Shown here: piece after piece, positions 8,696 to 16,779 of the stretch
Layout of the letters: the number at the start of each line of letters is the position of its first letter
Position numbering within the stretch: position 1 is the first letter of the stretch
Source of the DNA: an uncultured Actinomycetes bacterium
GTDB taxonomy: Bacteria > Actinomycetota > UBA4738 > HRBIN12
Assembly (NCBI GenBank): GCA_963704725.1
Contig: OY969934.1
Location: 1,819,023-1,883,022, forward strand
Direction: 5' to 3'
DNA length: 64,000 nucleotides
Notes under the pieces: generated by a model
Databases searched by the model: none
Seen by the model: the letters and a program-made list of their open reading frames with translations, nothing else
What the model was told of the DNA's origin: nothing
Position numbers and translations under genes: made by a program

Positions 8696-9076
8696 ATGCC
8701 ACTGTCACCGGACGAGCAGCGGATCCTCGAGGAGATCGAGCAGCGCCTGTCCGAGGAGGATCCCCGTCTGGCCGAGCAGGTCAGCCGGACGTCTCTCTAC
8801 ACGCACCTGGCGCGTCGGATCCGATGGTCGTCGCTCGCGTTCCTCCTCGGGTTCGTCATGCTGCTCGCGTTCCCGGCGTCCATGTACGTCGCCGTCGCTG
8901 GCTTCGGCGTCATGCTCGCGTCGTCGCTGTTGATCTACCGGTACCTGAAGCAGCTCGGGCGCGACCAGGTCCGCGCCATGCAGCAGCAGTCGGGGCGGTT
9001 CTCGATCGCCGGGTTCCTCGTCCGCCTGCTCGGTCGCTACCGCGGACCGCAGCAGCCGCAACCTCCCGAGCCCTGA
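8696..9076 (+). CDS. DUF3040-like membrane protein
   Basis: N-terminus MPLSPDEQRILEEIEQRLSEEDPRLA, followed by two hydrophobic helices; 126 aa from the internal ATG. Confidence 0.75.
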   Translation: MPLSPDEQRILEEIEQRLSEEDPRLAEQVSRTSLYTHLARRIRWSSLAFLLGFVMLLAFPASMYVAVAGFGVMLASSLLIYRYLKQLGRDQVRAMQQQSGRFSIAGFLVRLLGRYRGPQQPQPPEP

Positions 9077-9079
9077 CCC

Positions 9080-9098
9080 GAACGCGCGCCTCGCGTTC
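9080..9098. terminator. stem-loop GAACGCG-cgcct-CGCGTTC just after the DUF3040 gene
   Basis: 7-bp perfect inverted repeat 4 nt after the stop codon, with no U-tract. Confidence 0.3.
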
Positions 9099-9296
9099 CC
9101 GGACCCGATCGTGAGAATCGTTCGGCGCCTCTCCCTGCGCGCTTGCCAGGTGTGAGTCCCGCGCAGTACAACAGGTCTCACCTTCCCCGGGGGCGTGACC
9201 GTCAACCGCACGTCGAACCTTCCCTCGACGACGCTGGCGAGTCGCAGTGTTGGTGTGGGTGTGGCGAGGTCGGGTCTCGGAGGGCGCGCGTTCTCG

Positions 9297-9779
9297 ATGG
9301 AAGGGTTCACCGCACATCAAGCGACGAAGTTCACGGGCTGCACGCCGCGACAGCTTCGGTACTGGGATCAGATCGGGTTGGTCAGACCCTCGGTCCAGGG
9401 CACCGGGGGTCGCCCCGGCGTCCCTCGGCTGTACTCGTTCCGCGACATCGTCGCGCTGAAGGTGGTGAAGTCCCTTCTCGACAGCGGGATGTCCCTGCAG
9501 CGCGTTCGCCGGGCGTGGGAGTACCTCAACCGTCGGGCTCACCTCGACCGCCATCTGTCCGAGATCAAGCTGATCACCGACGGCGTGAGCATCTTCAAGG
9601 TGGCCCGCCGCAACGGGGAGATCATCGACGCCCTTCGCGAGGGTCAGCTCGCGTTCTTCGTCGCGATCGACGAGATCGCCACGGGCGTGGAGTCGAAGGT
9701 CGGCCAGTTCCGGGAGGATCGCGATCGCTTCGTTCGCGCCCTCCGCGAGGCGGCCGCCCACGCCCAGACGGGTTCGTAG
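9297..9779 (+). CDS. MerR-family transcriptional regulator
   Basis: N-terminal HTH (FTAHQATKFTGCTPRQLRYWDQIGLVRPS) typical of the MerR family; 160 aa from the ATG at 9297. Confidence 0.75.
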   Translation: MEGFTAHQATKFTGCTPRQLRYWDQIGLVRPSVQGTGGRPGVPRLYSFRDIVALKVVKSLLDSGMSLQRVRRAWEYLNRRAHLDRHLSEIKLITDGVSIFKVARRNGEIIDALREGQLAFFVAIDEIATGVESKVGQFREDRDRFVRALREAAAHAQTGS

Positions 9780-9782
9780 AGC

Positions 9783-12107
9783 TCAGAACCCCGGGCGGTA
9801 CGTCCCGACGATGCGCCGGCCCCACCCCGCGTCCTTGCGCAGATCCGCGATGGCCTCCCGAGCGTCGGCCACGGCGTGCTCGGCGTCGTCCCTCGACGGC
9901 GGATCCGGCGCGTAGGCCGCGCGAGCCGTGACCCGGGCCAGGCGCGACAGGTGGCCGTTCGAGAACGTCACGGCCGCCGAGAGCCGGGCGCGGTGCTCCT
10001 GCACCGTTTCGCCCTCGCGGCGACCCAGGCCGAGATCCGCCGCCTCACCGTCGAACACGCGGTAGGCGGCCAGGGCCAGCTCTCGCGGGTCGCGGCTCCG
10101 TCGCAGCGTGCGGCGCCGCCACACCCACTTCGTGACCGGCAGGAAGACCAGGACCGCCCCGAAAAGGACCGCGAGCCCCAGGAGGATCCACCGGTACGGG
10201 ATCGAGTACCCGTCCCGAGCCGCCTGCGCCCCCGGTCCTGCCCGGATGCCGCCCAGGAAGCCCGGCGGAAGCTCGGCGGCGCCACCCCGGACCCGCCCCA
10301 CGTCCTCCGCGTTCCGGCAGAGCTGTGGCGGCAGTCGAAGCCCCTCGGCCGTCGTACACCCCCCGCCCGACTGATCGCCGTTCAACCCGCCCCCGGCGAC
10401 CTCGCCGCCGGCGCCGCTCGCCGAACCGTCCTCGCTCGGCGCGGTGGGGTCCAGGTAGGTGCCGGGCCCGCCGGCTGGGTTGGGCCGGCCGGGGGTGGGC
10501 TCGAACGGCAGCCACCCGAAGGCGGGGAAGAACACCTCGACCCACGCATGGGCGTCCTTGCTGGTCACGACGTAGGTGTCCCCGTTCGCGGTCCCGCTGC
10601 GGAACCCCACCACCACGCGGGCGGGATACCCAAGCTCCCGCACCAGCACGGCCATCGCCGTGGCGAACTGCTGGCAGAAGCCCGTGCGAGAGCTCGTGAG
10701 AAAGCTCAGCAGGGCGTCGGCGTCGGAGACCGGCTCCACGTCCAGGCTGTAGGTGAACACCGAGGTGTCGGTGAGATGGTTCTGGATCGACAGGACCTGC
10801 CGGTACGGCGTCGCCTCGGGGCCGGCCCACCGCTGCGCGACCTCCCGGACCTGGGGGTCGACGCTCGCGGGCAGGAACGTGTAGCCCCCGTACTGCTCCG
10901 GAGCCTGGAAGCGGACGAGGTCGAGCTGCTCGGGCGTCGGCTCGACCACCCGGGACTCGACCGTGTACTCGAGGCCCTCGTCGAGGCCTCCGTCGTGGAC
11001 GGCGGAGGCGAGGTCCGGGTTGTACCGGATCGGGTCGTCGGGGAACGTCACGATCTCGGCGGGATAGGCCATGGGGACCCACGGGTCGTGGATGTCCCGC
11101 AGGATCCGGTAGCGCTGGACGAGGGGCTCCGCGGCGACGGGCACGTCCACCGGCAGGCGGGCCGGGGACTGCAGCACCGCGCCCCGCTCGGCCCGGGGAT
11201 CCGAGCTGCTCCACGTGGTGCCGTTGAACCGGTCCAGCGCGTACAGCCGCCAGTACGCGGGCCCGCCCGGCGAGGTCACCCGGAAGAGATCGATCGGCTC
11301 GTCCCGGTCGAGCTGCGCCTGGATCGAGACGAACGGGTCGAGGCCGACGCCGTCTCCCGAGGTCGAGAAGTCGACGAGGGCCTCGGACCGGAACCCCGGG
11401 AGGAGCCAGGGGACGAGCACGGCGGTCGCCACGGCGATCAGGGCGACCTGTCGCGCACCGCGGGAGGCCACGCTCGAGAGCCGGCGCCCCCGGATCGAGG
11501 ACCAGATGGGCCCCCACTGGCGGACGCGCCGAAGCCCGTCGACGAAGACTACGCCGAGCGCCGCCACGAGGAACGCGATCGCGTAGATCGGCCGGGCCCC
11601 GTCCTCGAGCACGGTGTCCGCGAACCCCACCAGCGCCACGGAGGGAAGGATCGCCAGCAGTGGGCTGCCCGAGCGGATGGCCAGGGCGTGCGTGGAGAAC
11701 GCTGCGGTCCAGATGGCCGTCACGGCGGCCAGGAGCAGCGGCGCGAACGCCGGCGTCGGCGCGACCTGGACCCGCGCCTGCTGGGCCACGAACTCCATGC
11801 AGCGCCCGACGGCCCGGAGCGTGCGCAGCGTGGGCAAGCCGTACCAGGCGGTCTGGGGGAGCACGATCCACGTCAGGGCGAACGCCAGGCCGACCAGGCT
11901 GACCAGCAGGGCGACGGCCAGGCCCCGGCGCTCGCAGAGCCCCGCCAACAGGATCGACGTCAGGGCCGCCGCGACGAGCTCCCACGTGGCGGCGTGCCCG
12001 ACGAACACGCGGCCGAATGCCAGCCCCGTCACGGCCACGAGGCTCGCGACCGCGCCGAGCGCTACGAGCCGCTGACGACCAGTGGACGTGTCCTGCTGGC
12101 GTGCCAT
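9783..12107 (-). CDS. transglutaminase-domain membrane protein (TgpA-like)
   Basis: 774 aa with multiple N-terminal TM helices. Transglutaminase core: GFCQQFATAMAVLVRELGYPARVVVGF ... DAHAWVEVFFPAFGWLPFEPTP. Confidence 0.85.
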   Translation of the reverse strand: MARQQDTSTGRQRLVALGAVASLVAVTGLAFGRVFVGHAATWELVAAALTSILLAGLCERRGLAVALLVSLVGLAFALTWIVLPQTAWYGLPTLRTLRAVGRCMEFVAQQARVQVAPTPAFAPLLLAAVTAIWTAAFSTHALAIRSGSPLLAILPSVALVGFADTVLEDGARPIYAIAFLVAALGVVFVDGLRRVRQWGPIWSSIRGRRLSSVASRGARQVALIAVATAVLVPWLLPGFRSEALVDFSTSGDGVGLDPFVSIQAQLDRDEPIDLFRVTSPGGPAYWRLYALDRFNGTTWSSSDPRAERGAVLQSPARLPVDVPVAAEPLVQRYRILRDIHDPWVPMAYPAEIVTFPDDPIRYNPDLASAVHDGGLDEGLEYTVESRVVEPTPEQLDLVRFQAPEQYGGYTFLPASVDPQVREVAQRWAGPEATPYRQVLSIQNHLTDTSVFTYSLDVEPVSDADALLSFLTSSRTGFCQQFATAMAVLVRELGYPARVVVGFRSGTANGDTYVVTSKDAHAWVEVFFPAFGWLPFEPTPGRPNPAGGPGTYLDPTAPSEDGSASGAGGEVAGGGLNGDQSGGGCTTAEGLRLPPQLCRNAEDVGRVRGGAAELPPGFLGGIRAGPGAQAARDGYSIPYRWILLGLAVLFGAVLVFLPVTKWVWRRRTLRRSRDPRELALAAYRVFDGEAADLGLGRREGETVQEHRARLSAAVTFSNGHLSRLARVTARAAYAPDPPSRDDAEHAVADAREAIADLRKDAGWGRRIVGTYRPGF

Positions 12108-13294
12108 ACCTCTCGCAATCTCGCCGAGGGTGGGAGCACCAGGATCTCCCAGCCCGAACGGGACATCGACAGCTGTGCCTGGGACGCCCGCCCCTCGAGC
12201 TGCGCCCGCCGGTCCGCGGGCAGGGTGTCGGGCTCGGTGGGGTGCACGAACACCCCGATCTTGGGACCGAAGGTCGCCCCCGTCCGGATCAGGGAAGCGA
12301 GTTCACCCGGCGGCGGGGGCGCGCCGACCACCACCAGGGTGGTGTCGCTGGCGGCCACCATCCGCAGCCGAGTCAGGCCGGAGGTGAGCGCTCGCGTGGT
12401 GTGGTGGGCCACGCCCGCCAGGGTCTCCAGCAGCTGCTCCTCTCCGACGCGCTGTGGCGGGAGCTGCGTCGTGGCCAGCTTGACCCCAAAGCCATAGCGC
12501 ATCAGGAGGATGCCGACCGAGGCCGCGCACGAGACGACCTTCTCGAAGCACGCCCCGCGCGTCTGGCCGACGGCCGAGTCCCGCAGGTCGACGAACAGGA
12601 CGGCGGTGGAGCGTCGCGTGGACTCGTCCTGGCGGATCATGAGCTCGCCGCTGCGGGCCACGCTCGCCCAGTGGATGCGCCGCAGGTCGTCGCCCTCGAC
12701 GTAGGGGCGCATCGTGTAGAACTCGTCGCCGGTGCGGAACAGGTGCTTGGCCAGCGCGAGACCGCTGGTCATGCCGAACGGGGAGTCGGGTCCGCCGGTG
12801 AGCGTCTCGACCTCGGGCGCCACCACCAGGTCCTCGCGCTCGTCGAACTCGACCCGGAGCTTGGTGAGCGCGAACGGGTCCGATAGGTCCACCGAGAGCG
12901 GCCCGAGCGTGTACCGCCCCCGCTGCCGTGGCGTGAGCGAGTACCGCACCCGCTGCCGATCCTTGCCGGCGAGGGAGGCGATGACCAATCGGGCCGAGCG
13001 CCCGAGCGCCGGCGGAAGGCGGTCCTCGATGAGCAGGAACGAGGTCTGGGTGGGGGACTGGTTCTCCACCTCGAGCTCGACGTAGACGCGCTGACCGGGC
13101 TGGATGCGACCCTCGGACAGGCGGCGGCGGATCCGCAGCCGCTGGCGGCTCCACCTGGCGAACAGCGACGCCCCGAACGGGAGCACCACGAGACCGACCG
13201 CGATCATGTGCAGGGTGGTCGAGCCGAGAACGCGGCCGGCGGCCCACAGGGCGATCCCTGCGGCGAAGACGAGCACGCCGCGGCCGGAGGGCAC
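12062..13294 (-). CDS. DUF58 domain protein
   Basis: GTG at 13294 lies just after the MoxR stop. Motif: MRPYVEGDDLRRIHWASVARSGELMIRQDE. Two N-terminal TM helices. The upstream part of the track ORF is over-extension. Confidence 0.8.
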   Translation of the reverse strand: MPSGRGVLVFAAGIALWAAGRVLGSTTLHMIAVGLVVLPFGASLFARWSRQRLRIRRRLSEGRIQPGQRVYVELEVENQSPTQTSFLLIEDRLPPALGRSARLVIASLAGKDRQRVRYSLTPRQRGRYTLGPLSVDLSDPFALTKLRVEFDEREDLVVAPEVETLTGGPDSPFGMTSGLALAKHLFRTGDEFYTMRPYVEGDDLRRIHWASVARSGELMIRQDESTRRSTAVLFVDLRDSAVGQTRGACFEKVVSCAASVGILLMRYGFGVKLATTQLPPQRVGEEQLLETLAGVAHHTTRALTSGLTRLRMVAASDTTLVVVGAPPPPGELASLIRTGATFGPKIGVFVHPTEPDTLPADRRAQLEGRASQAQLSMSRSGWEILVLPPSARLREVWHASRTRPLVVSGS

Positions 13295-13296
13295 GC

Positions 13297-14274
13297 TCAG
13301 GCCGTCCCGGTCACCGGCACCGCGACCTCGGAGACGAGCTCTTGGAGCACCGCCTGCGAGGTCCTGCCGCCCATCACGGCATCGGCCGTGACGATGATGC
13401 GGTGCGCGAGCACCGGGATGACCAGGGCCTTCACATCGTCCGGGACGACGTAGTCGCGCTCGCCCGAGGCCGCGATGGCGCGGGCGGCCCGAAGGAGCAT
13501 GATCGAGGCCCGCGGGCTGGCGCCGAGGTAGACGTCCGGGTGTCGGCGGGTCGCCTCCACCAGGTCGACGATGTAGCGGCGGACGCCGGGAGCCACGTGG
13601 ACCTGCCGCGCCTGCTCGATCATGTCCCGGACCTCGAGCGCGTCGGCCACCGGCGAGATGTCGGTCAGCGTCGAGTGCACCCCGTGCGTGGCCAGGATCT
13701 CGGCCTCCACGTCGGAGGTGGGGTAGCCGATCGCGATCCGCATCATGAACCGGTCGAGCTGGGCCTCGGGCAGGGGATAGGTGCCCTCGTGCTCGATGGG
13801 GTTCTGCGTGGCGATCACCATGAACGGCGCGCCGAGCTGGTACGTCTCGGTGTCGATCGTGACCTGCCGCTCCTCCATGCACTCGAGGAGAGCCGACTGG
13901 GTCTTGGGACTGGCCCGGTTGATCTCGTCGCCGAGCACAATGTTGGCGAAGATGGCGCCGGGTCGGAACTCGAAGTCCCCGCGCTCCTGGTTGAACACGT
14001 TCACGCCCGTGATGTCCGTGGGCAGCAGGTCCGGGGTGAACTGGATCCGGCGGAAGGAGCAGTCGATCGAGCGAGCGATGGCCTTGGCCAGCATGGTCTT
14101 TCCCACGCCGGGAACGTCCTCGATCAGGACGTGCCCCTCCGCGACCAGGGCGGCGAGGGCCAGGCGGATCTCCGGCACCTTGCCCTGGACGACCTTCTCG
14201 ACGTTCTGCTCGATGTCGGTGAACCGCGCGGCGAACCGCTGCCAGTCGGGATGCGATCGCTCTCGGGCCTCCAA
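13297..14274 (-). CDS. MoxR-family AAA+ ATPase
   Basis: Walker A is DVPGVGKT; also VIATQNP and RFMMRIAIGYP. The preferred start is the TTG at 14274, preceded by GGAGG with a 5-nt spacer, giving 325 aa. The ATG at 14445 would add 57 residues of non-protein-like, R-rich sequence. Confidence 0.9.
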   Translation of the reverse strand: MEARERSHPDWQRFAARFTDIEQNVEKVVQGKVPEIRLALAALVAEGHVLIEDVPGVGKTMLAKAIARSIDCSFRRIQFTPDLLPTDITGVNVFNQERGDFEFRPGAIFANIVLGDEINRASPKTQSALLECMEERQVTIDTETYQLGAPFMVIATQNPIEHEGTYPLPEAQLDRFMMRIAIGYPTSDVEAEILATHGVHSTLTDISPVADALEVRDMIEQARQVHVAPGVRRYIVDLVEATRRHPDVYLGASPRASIMLLRAARAIAASGERDYVVPDDVKALVIPVLAHRIIVTADAVMGGRTSQAVLQELVSEVAVPVTGTA

Positions 14275-14483
14275 CGGGACCTCCGGGAAGTCAGGGCCGG
14301 AACATCTTACCGAGGTGTACGTATCCGGCGGCCCGCCGGTTCCCGCGGGCCTGCAGCGCTTGGACCGACCCCGTTCCCGGGAGGTTCCCGGCCAGTCAAA
14401 CTGTGCAGGCGGAGCCCGGAGCTCCCCACGACCGTTCCGATCCAACCGATGACGCCGGCTGGTGCCGTGACCACCAGGGTGTT

Positions 14484-14547
14484 GGCCTCAAGTAGCGCGA
14501 AGCGCGATAGGCCCCGATGAGGCTTCGCGAACGCGAAGCCTCATCGG
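14484..14547. repeat. two abutting strong hairpins, the second a 16-bp perfect inverted repeat, followed by a 15-nt polypurine tract (14549-14563)
   Basis: Hairpin 1 (14484-14513): GGCCT..GCGC-GAA-GCGC..AGGCC. Hairpin 2 (14514-14547): CCGATGAGGCTTCGCG-aa-CGCGAAGCCTCATCGG. Read directly from the sequence. Confidence 0.8.
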
Positions 14548-14740
14548 CAAAGAAAAGAGAGAGCGGCGGTGGTGCACCCGATCGCTGGACGCCCCGCGCG
14601 GCCCCTTTTGTTCGCTACTCCAGGCGTCCTATCGAGCGCACGGCCACCGCCGCCTGACGAATCACAACATCGGGATTCGATCACATCAAGCACCCCAGCC
14701 GGGTTCTTGTGGTGCCTGCGCTACACTCGCCGGGACCCCT

Positions 14741-15223
14741 ATGGGACGAGCACTGGTGCTCAACGCTTCGCACCAACCTCTCGCGGTGGTCTCTGCGCGG
14801 AGGGCGGTCGTGCTCGTCCTGAAGGAGAAGGCCGAGGTCCTGGCTTCGGACGGGCAGGTGTTCCGATCGGAACGACTGTCCCTCGATGCCCCCTCGGTGC
14901 TCCGTCTGCGGCAGTTCGTTCGAGTCCCCTATCGCGCGACCGCGCCGCTCACCCGCCGCGCCGTCTTCGCGCGTGACGATTGGTCCTGTCAGTACTGCGG
15001 CGCGCCGGCGGAGAACCTCGACCACGTCGTGCCGAAGTCTCGCGGCGGCACCCACACGTGGGACAACGTCGTCGCCGCCTGCCGCCGCTGCAACTCGAGG
15101 AAGGAGAACCGGCTGATCGAGGACGCCGGGCTCCGCCTCGCCCACCGGCCGGTGGCGCCGGCGGACGGGTTCCGACTCTCGCTCGGGCGTCTGGAGCCCG
15201 AGTGGGTGCCGTTCCTGGCCTGA
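14741..15223 (+). CDS. HNH endonuclease
   Basis: 160 aa with CQYCG ... LDHVVPKSRGGTHTWDNVVAACRRCNSRK (HNH/CxxC motifs). TACACT at 14722-14727 is a possible -10 that would give a near-leaderless mRNA. Confidence 0.85.
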   Translation: MGRALVLNASHQPLAVVSARRAVVLVLKEKAEVLASDGQVFRSERLSLDAPSVLRLRQFVRVPYRATAPLTRRAVFARDDWSCQYCGAPAENLDHVVPKSRGGTHTWDNVVAACRRCNSRKENRLIEDAGLRLAHRPVAPADGFRLSLGRLEPEWVPFLA

Positions 15224-15300
15224 TCCTCGGCCGCATCCTTCGCCCGAACCCCACTGGAACCCCTCATTGAGGGCCATTTCTGCCATGACTCCTTGACGCA

Positions 15301-15338
15301 GTGGAGTGCAAGTGGCATAAGAGTGGAGCGCAGTGGAG
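15301..15338 (+). promoter_or_regulatory. four direct GTGG(A/C)(G/A) repeats at 11, 11 and 10-nt spacing: candidate MraZ operator
   Basis: GTGGAG at 15301, GTGGCA at 15312, GTGGAG at 15323, GTGGAG at 15333, directly upstream of mraZ. TTGACG at 15293-15298 is a possible -35. Confidence 0.5.
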
Positions 15339-15354
15339 GAGAAGGGGAGGACGC

Positions 15355-15801
15355 GTGGCCGAACTTCTCGGCACGCACAGCTATCAGCTCGACCCGAAGG
15401 GGCGCATCAGCCTGCCCGGCCGCTTCCGTGACGCCTTCGCCGAAGGTGCGGTGCTGACGCTGGGGCAGGACGGGTGCCTCTTCTGCTTCCCCAGGGCCGA
15501 GTGGGAGGCCCGGGCGGCCGAGGTCCGCAGCCTCCCCCTCTCCGACGCCGAGAGCCGGGCGTACTCGCGCATGTTCTTCGGTAAGGCGGAGGCCGTCGAT
15601 CTCGACGCCCAGGGGCGACTGCTCGTGCCGCAGCGCCTGCGCGCCGAGGTCGGCATCCGCAAGGAGGCCGTGGTGCTCGGTGTCTTCGACCGGATGGAGA
15701 TCTGGGACCGCCAGACCCACGAGCGCTACGAGTCGGGGCACGACGGCGCCTACCAGTCCGGTGCCCTCGCACCGGGGGGAACGAGAGGGGCAGCGGGATG
15801 A
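15355..15801 (+). CDS. mraZ: transcriptional regulator MraZ
   Basis: GTG at 15355 follows a GGAGGAGAAGGGGAGG tract. Contains two SpoVT/AbrB-like repeats (QLDPKGRISLP and LDAQGRLLVPQRLR) and occupies the first position of the dcw cluster. Confidence 0.9.
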   Translation: MAELLGTHSYQLDPKGRISLPGRFRDAFAEGAVLTLGQDGCLFCFPRAEWEARAAEVRSLPLSDAESRAYSRMFFGKAEAVDLDAQGRLLVPQRLRAEVGIRKEAVVLGVFDRMEIWDRQTHERYESGHDGAYQSGALAPGGTRGAAG

Positions 15802-15914
15802 GGCAACCGCTCCACCATGAGGTTCGACAGAGCTTGTGGCTGATCGTGCTGGCCGCCGCCACGATGGCCGTGTACCTGGGCGTCGGGCTGCTGGCGGTCC
15901 GCGTCTTCGGATGA
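15798..15914 (+). CDS. candidate 38-aa single-pass membrane microprotein (below the length cut-off of the ORF track)
   Basis: ATG overlaps the mraZ stop (ATGA). Translation by hand: MRQPLHHEVRQSLWLIVLAAATMAVYLGVGLLAVRVFG. GC3 is about 87% (every codon from L13 to F37, including the TM helix, ends in G/C). It ends 10 nt before rsmH. Confidence 0.45.
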   Translation: MRQPLHHEVRQSLWLIVLAAATMAVYLGVGLLAVRVFG

Positions 15915-15924
15915 GGGCCGGGCC

Positions 15925-16779
15925 ATGGCCGACGCCGGGCACGAGCCCGTCATGGTCGCCGAGGTGCTCCGTTTCCTCGGGGGCGGGGGAACCGTGATCG
16001 ACCTGACCCTCGGCGCGGGCGGGCACGCCGAAGCCCTGCTCGACTCCGGCGTCGAACGCCTCGTCGGCGTCGATCGCGACCCCCAGGCAATCGAGCTCGC
16101 CACCGCCCGTCTGGCGCGGTTCGGCGAGCGGTTCCGCGCCGTCCGGGCCCGGTTCTCGAGCGTGCCCGCGGAGAACCGGGCGGACGGCGTGCTCTTCGAC
16201 CTCGGCGTGAGCTCGATGCAACTCGACCAGGCCGAGCGCGGCTTCTCGTTCCGGAGAGAGGGCCCGCTCGACATGCGCATGGAGCCCGAGGGCGAGAGCG
16301 CCATGGACCTGGTGAACTCGGCGCCCGAGGACGAGCTCGCCCGGATCCTGTTCGAGTACGGCGAGGAGCGCCGCTCTCGCCGCGTGGCCGGCGCGATCGT
16401 TCGAGCCCGGGCCCGGGCGCCGATCGCGACGACCGACCAGCTCGCCCGTGTGGTCGCGGGCGCCCTGGGGGCGAACCGGGGCGGCCCCCACCCCGCTCGC
16501 CGCACGTTCCAGGCGCTCCGCGTCGCGGTCAACCGGGAGCTCGAGGAGCTCGCCGCCTCCCTGCCTCGGGCGGCCGATCTCCTCGCTCCCGGTGGCCGCC
16601 TCGTGGCGATCTCCTACCACTCTCTCGAGGACCGAACCGTCAAGCGCTTCCTCACCGGCCGACCCGATCTCGAGGTCCTCACGAAGAAGCCCCTGACCCC
16701 CTCGAAGTCCGAACGGGCGAGGAACCCGCGATCCCGCGCCGCCAAGCTCCGAGCCGCCCAGAAGCGGGAAGCGGCATGA
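15925..16779 (+). CDS. rsmH: 16S rRNA (cytosine1402-N4)-methyltransferase RsmH
   Basis: 284 aa with HEPVMVAEVL, DLTLGAGGH, DLGVSSMQLD and SYHSLEDR motifs, at the expected dcw position. Confidence 0.95.
   Translation: MADAGHEPVMVAEVLRFLGGGGTVIDLTLGAGGHAEALLDSGVERLVGVDRDPQAIELATARLARFGERFRAVRARFSSVPAENRADGVLFDLGVSSMQLDQAERGFSFRREGPLDMRMEPEGESAMDLVNSAPEDELARILFEYGEERRSRRVAGAIVRARARAPIATTDQLARVVAGALGANRGGPHPARRTFQALRVAVNRELEELAASLPRAADLLAPGGRLVAISYHSLEDRTVKRFLTGRPDLEVLTKKPLTPSKSERARNPRSRAAKLRAAQKREAA

Noticed and set aside
9876-12497. 873-aa plus-strand ORF
   Set aside because: It is antisense to the transglutaminase and DUF58 genes, with non-protein-like composition.
14285-14298. GGGAAGTCAGGGCC, reminiscent of the RNase P RNA CR-I motif (GGAAAGUCCGGGC)
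   Set aside because: It is an imperfect match. None of the other universal RNase P elements (for example ACAGAAcCCGGCUUA) are found nearby on either strand.
14275-14445. N-terminal 57 codons of the MoxR ORF from the ATG at 14445
   Set aside because: The sequence (MDRNGRGELRAPPAQFDWPGTSRERGRSKRC...) looks non-protein-like. A TTG with a well-spaced GGAGG at 14274 gives the canonical ~325-aa MoxR length. It is kept as an alternative only.
14672-14682. GGGATTCGATC, resembling a tRNA T-loop
   Set aside because: No complementary T-stem, acceptor stem or anticodon arm can be drawn around it on either strand.
14569-14976. 135-aa plus-strand ORF starting after the polypurine tract
   Set aside because: It overlaps the well-supported HNH endonuclease gene in another frame, and the product is Pro/Arg-rich without motifs.
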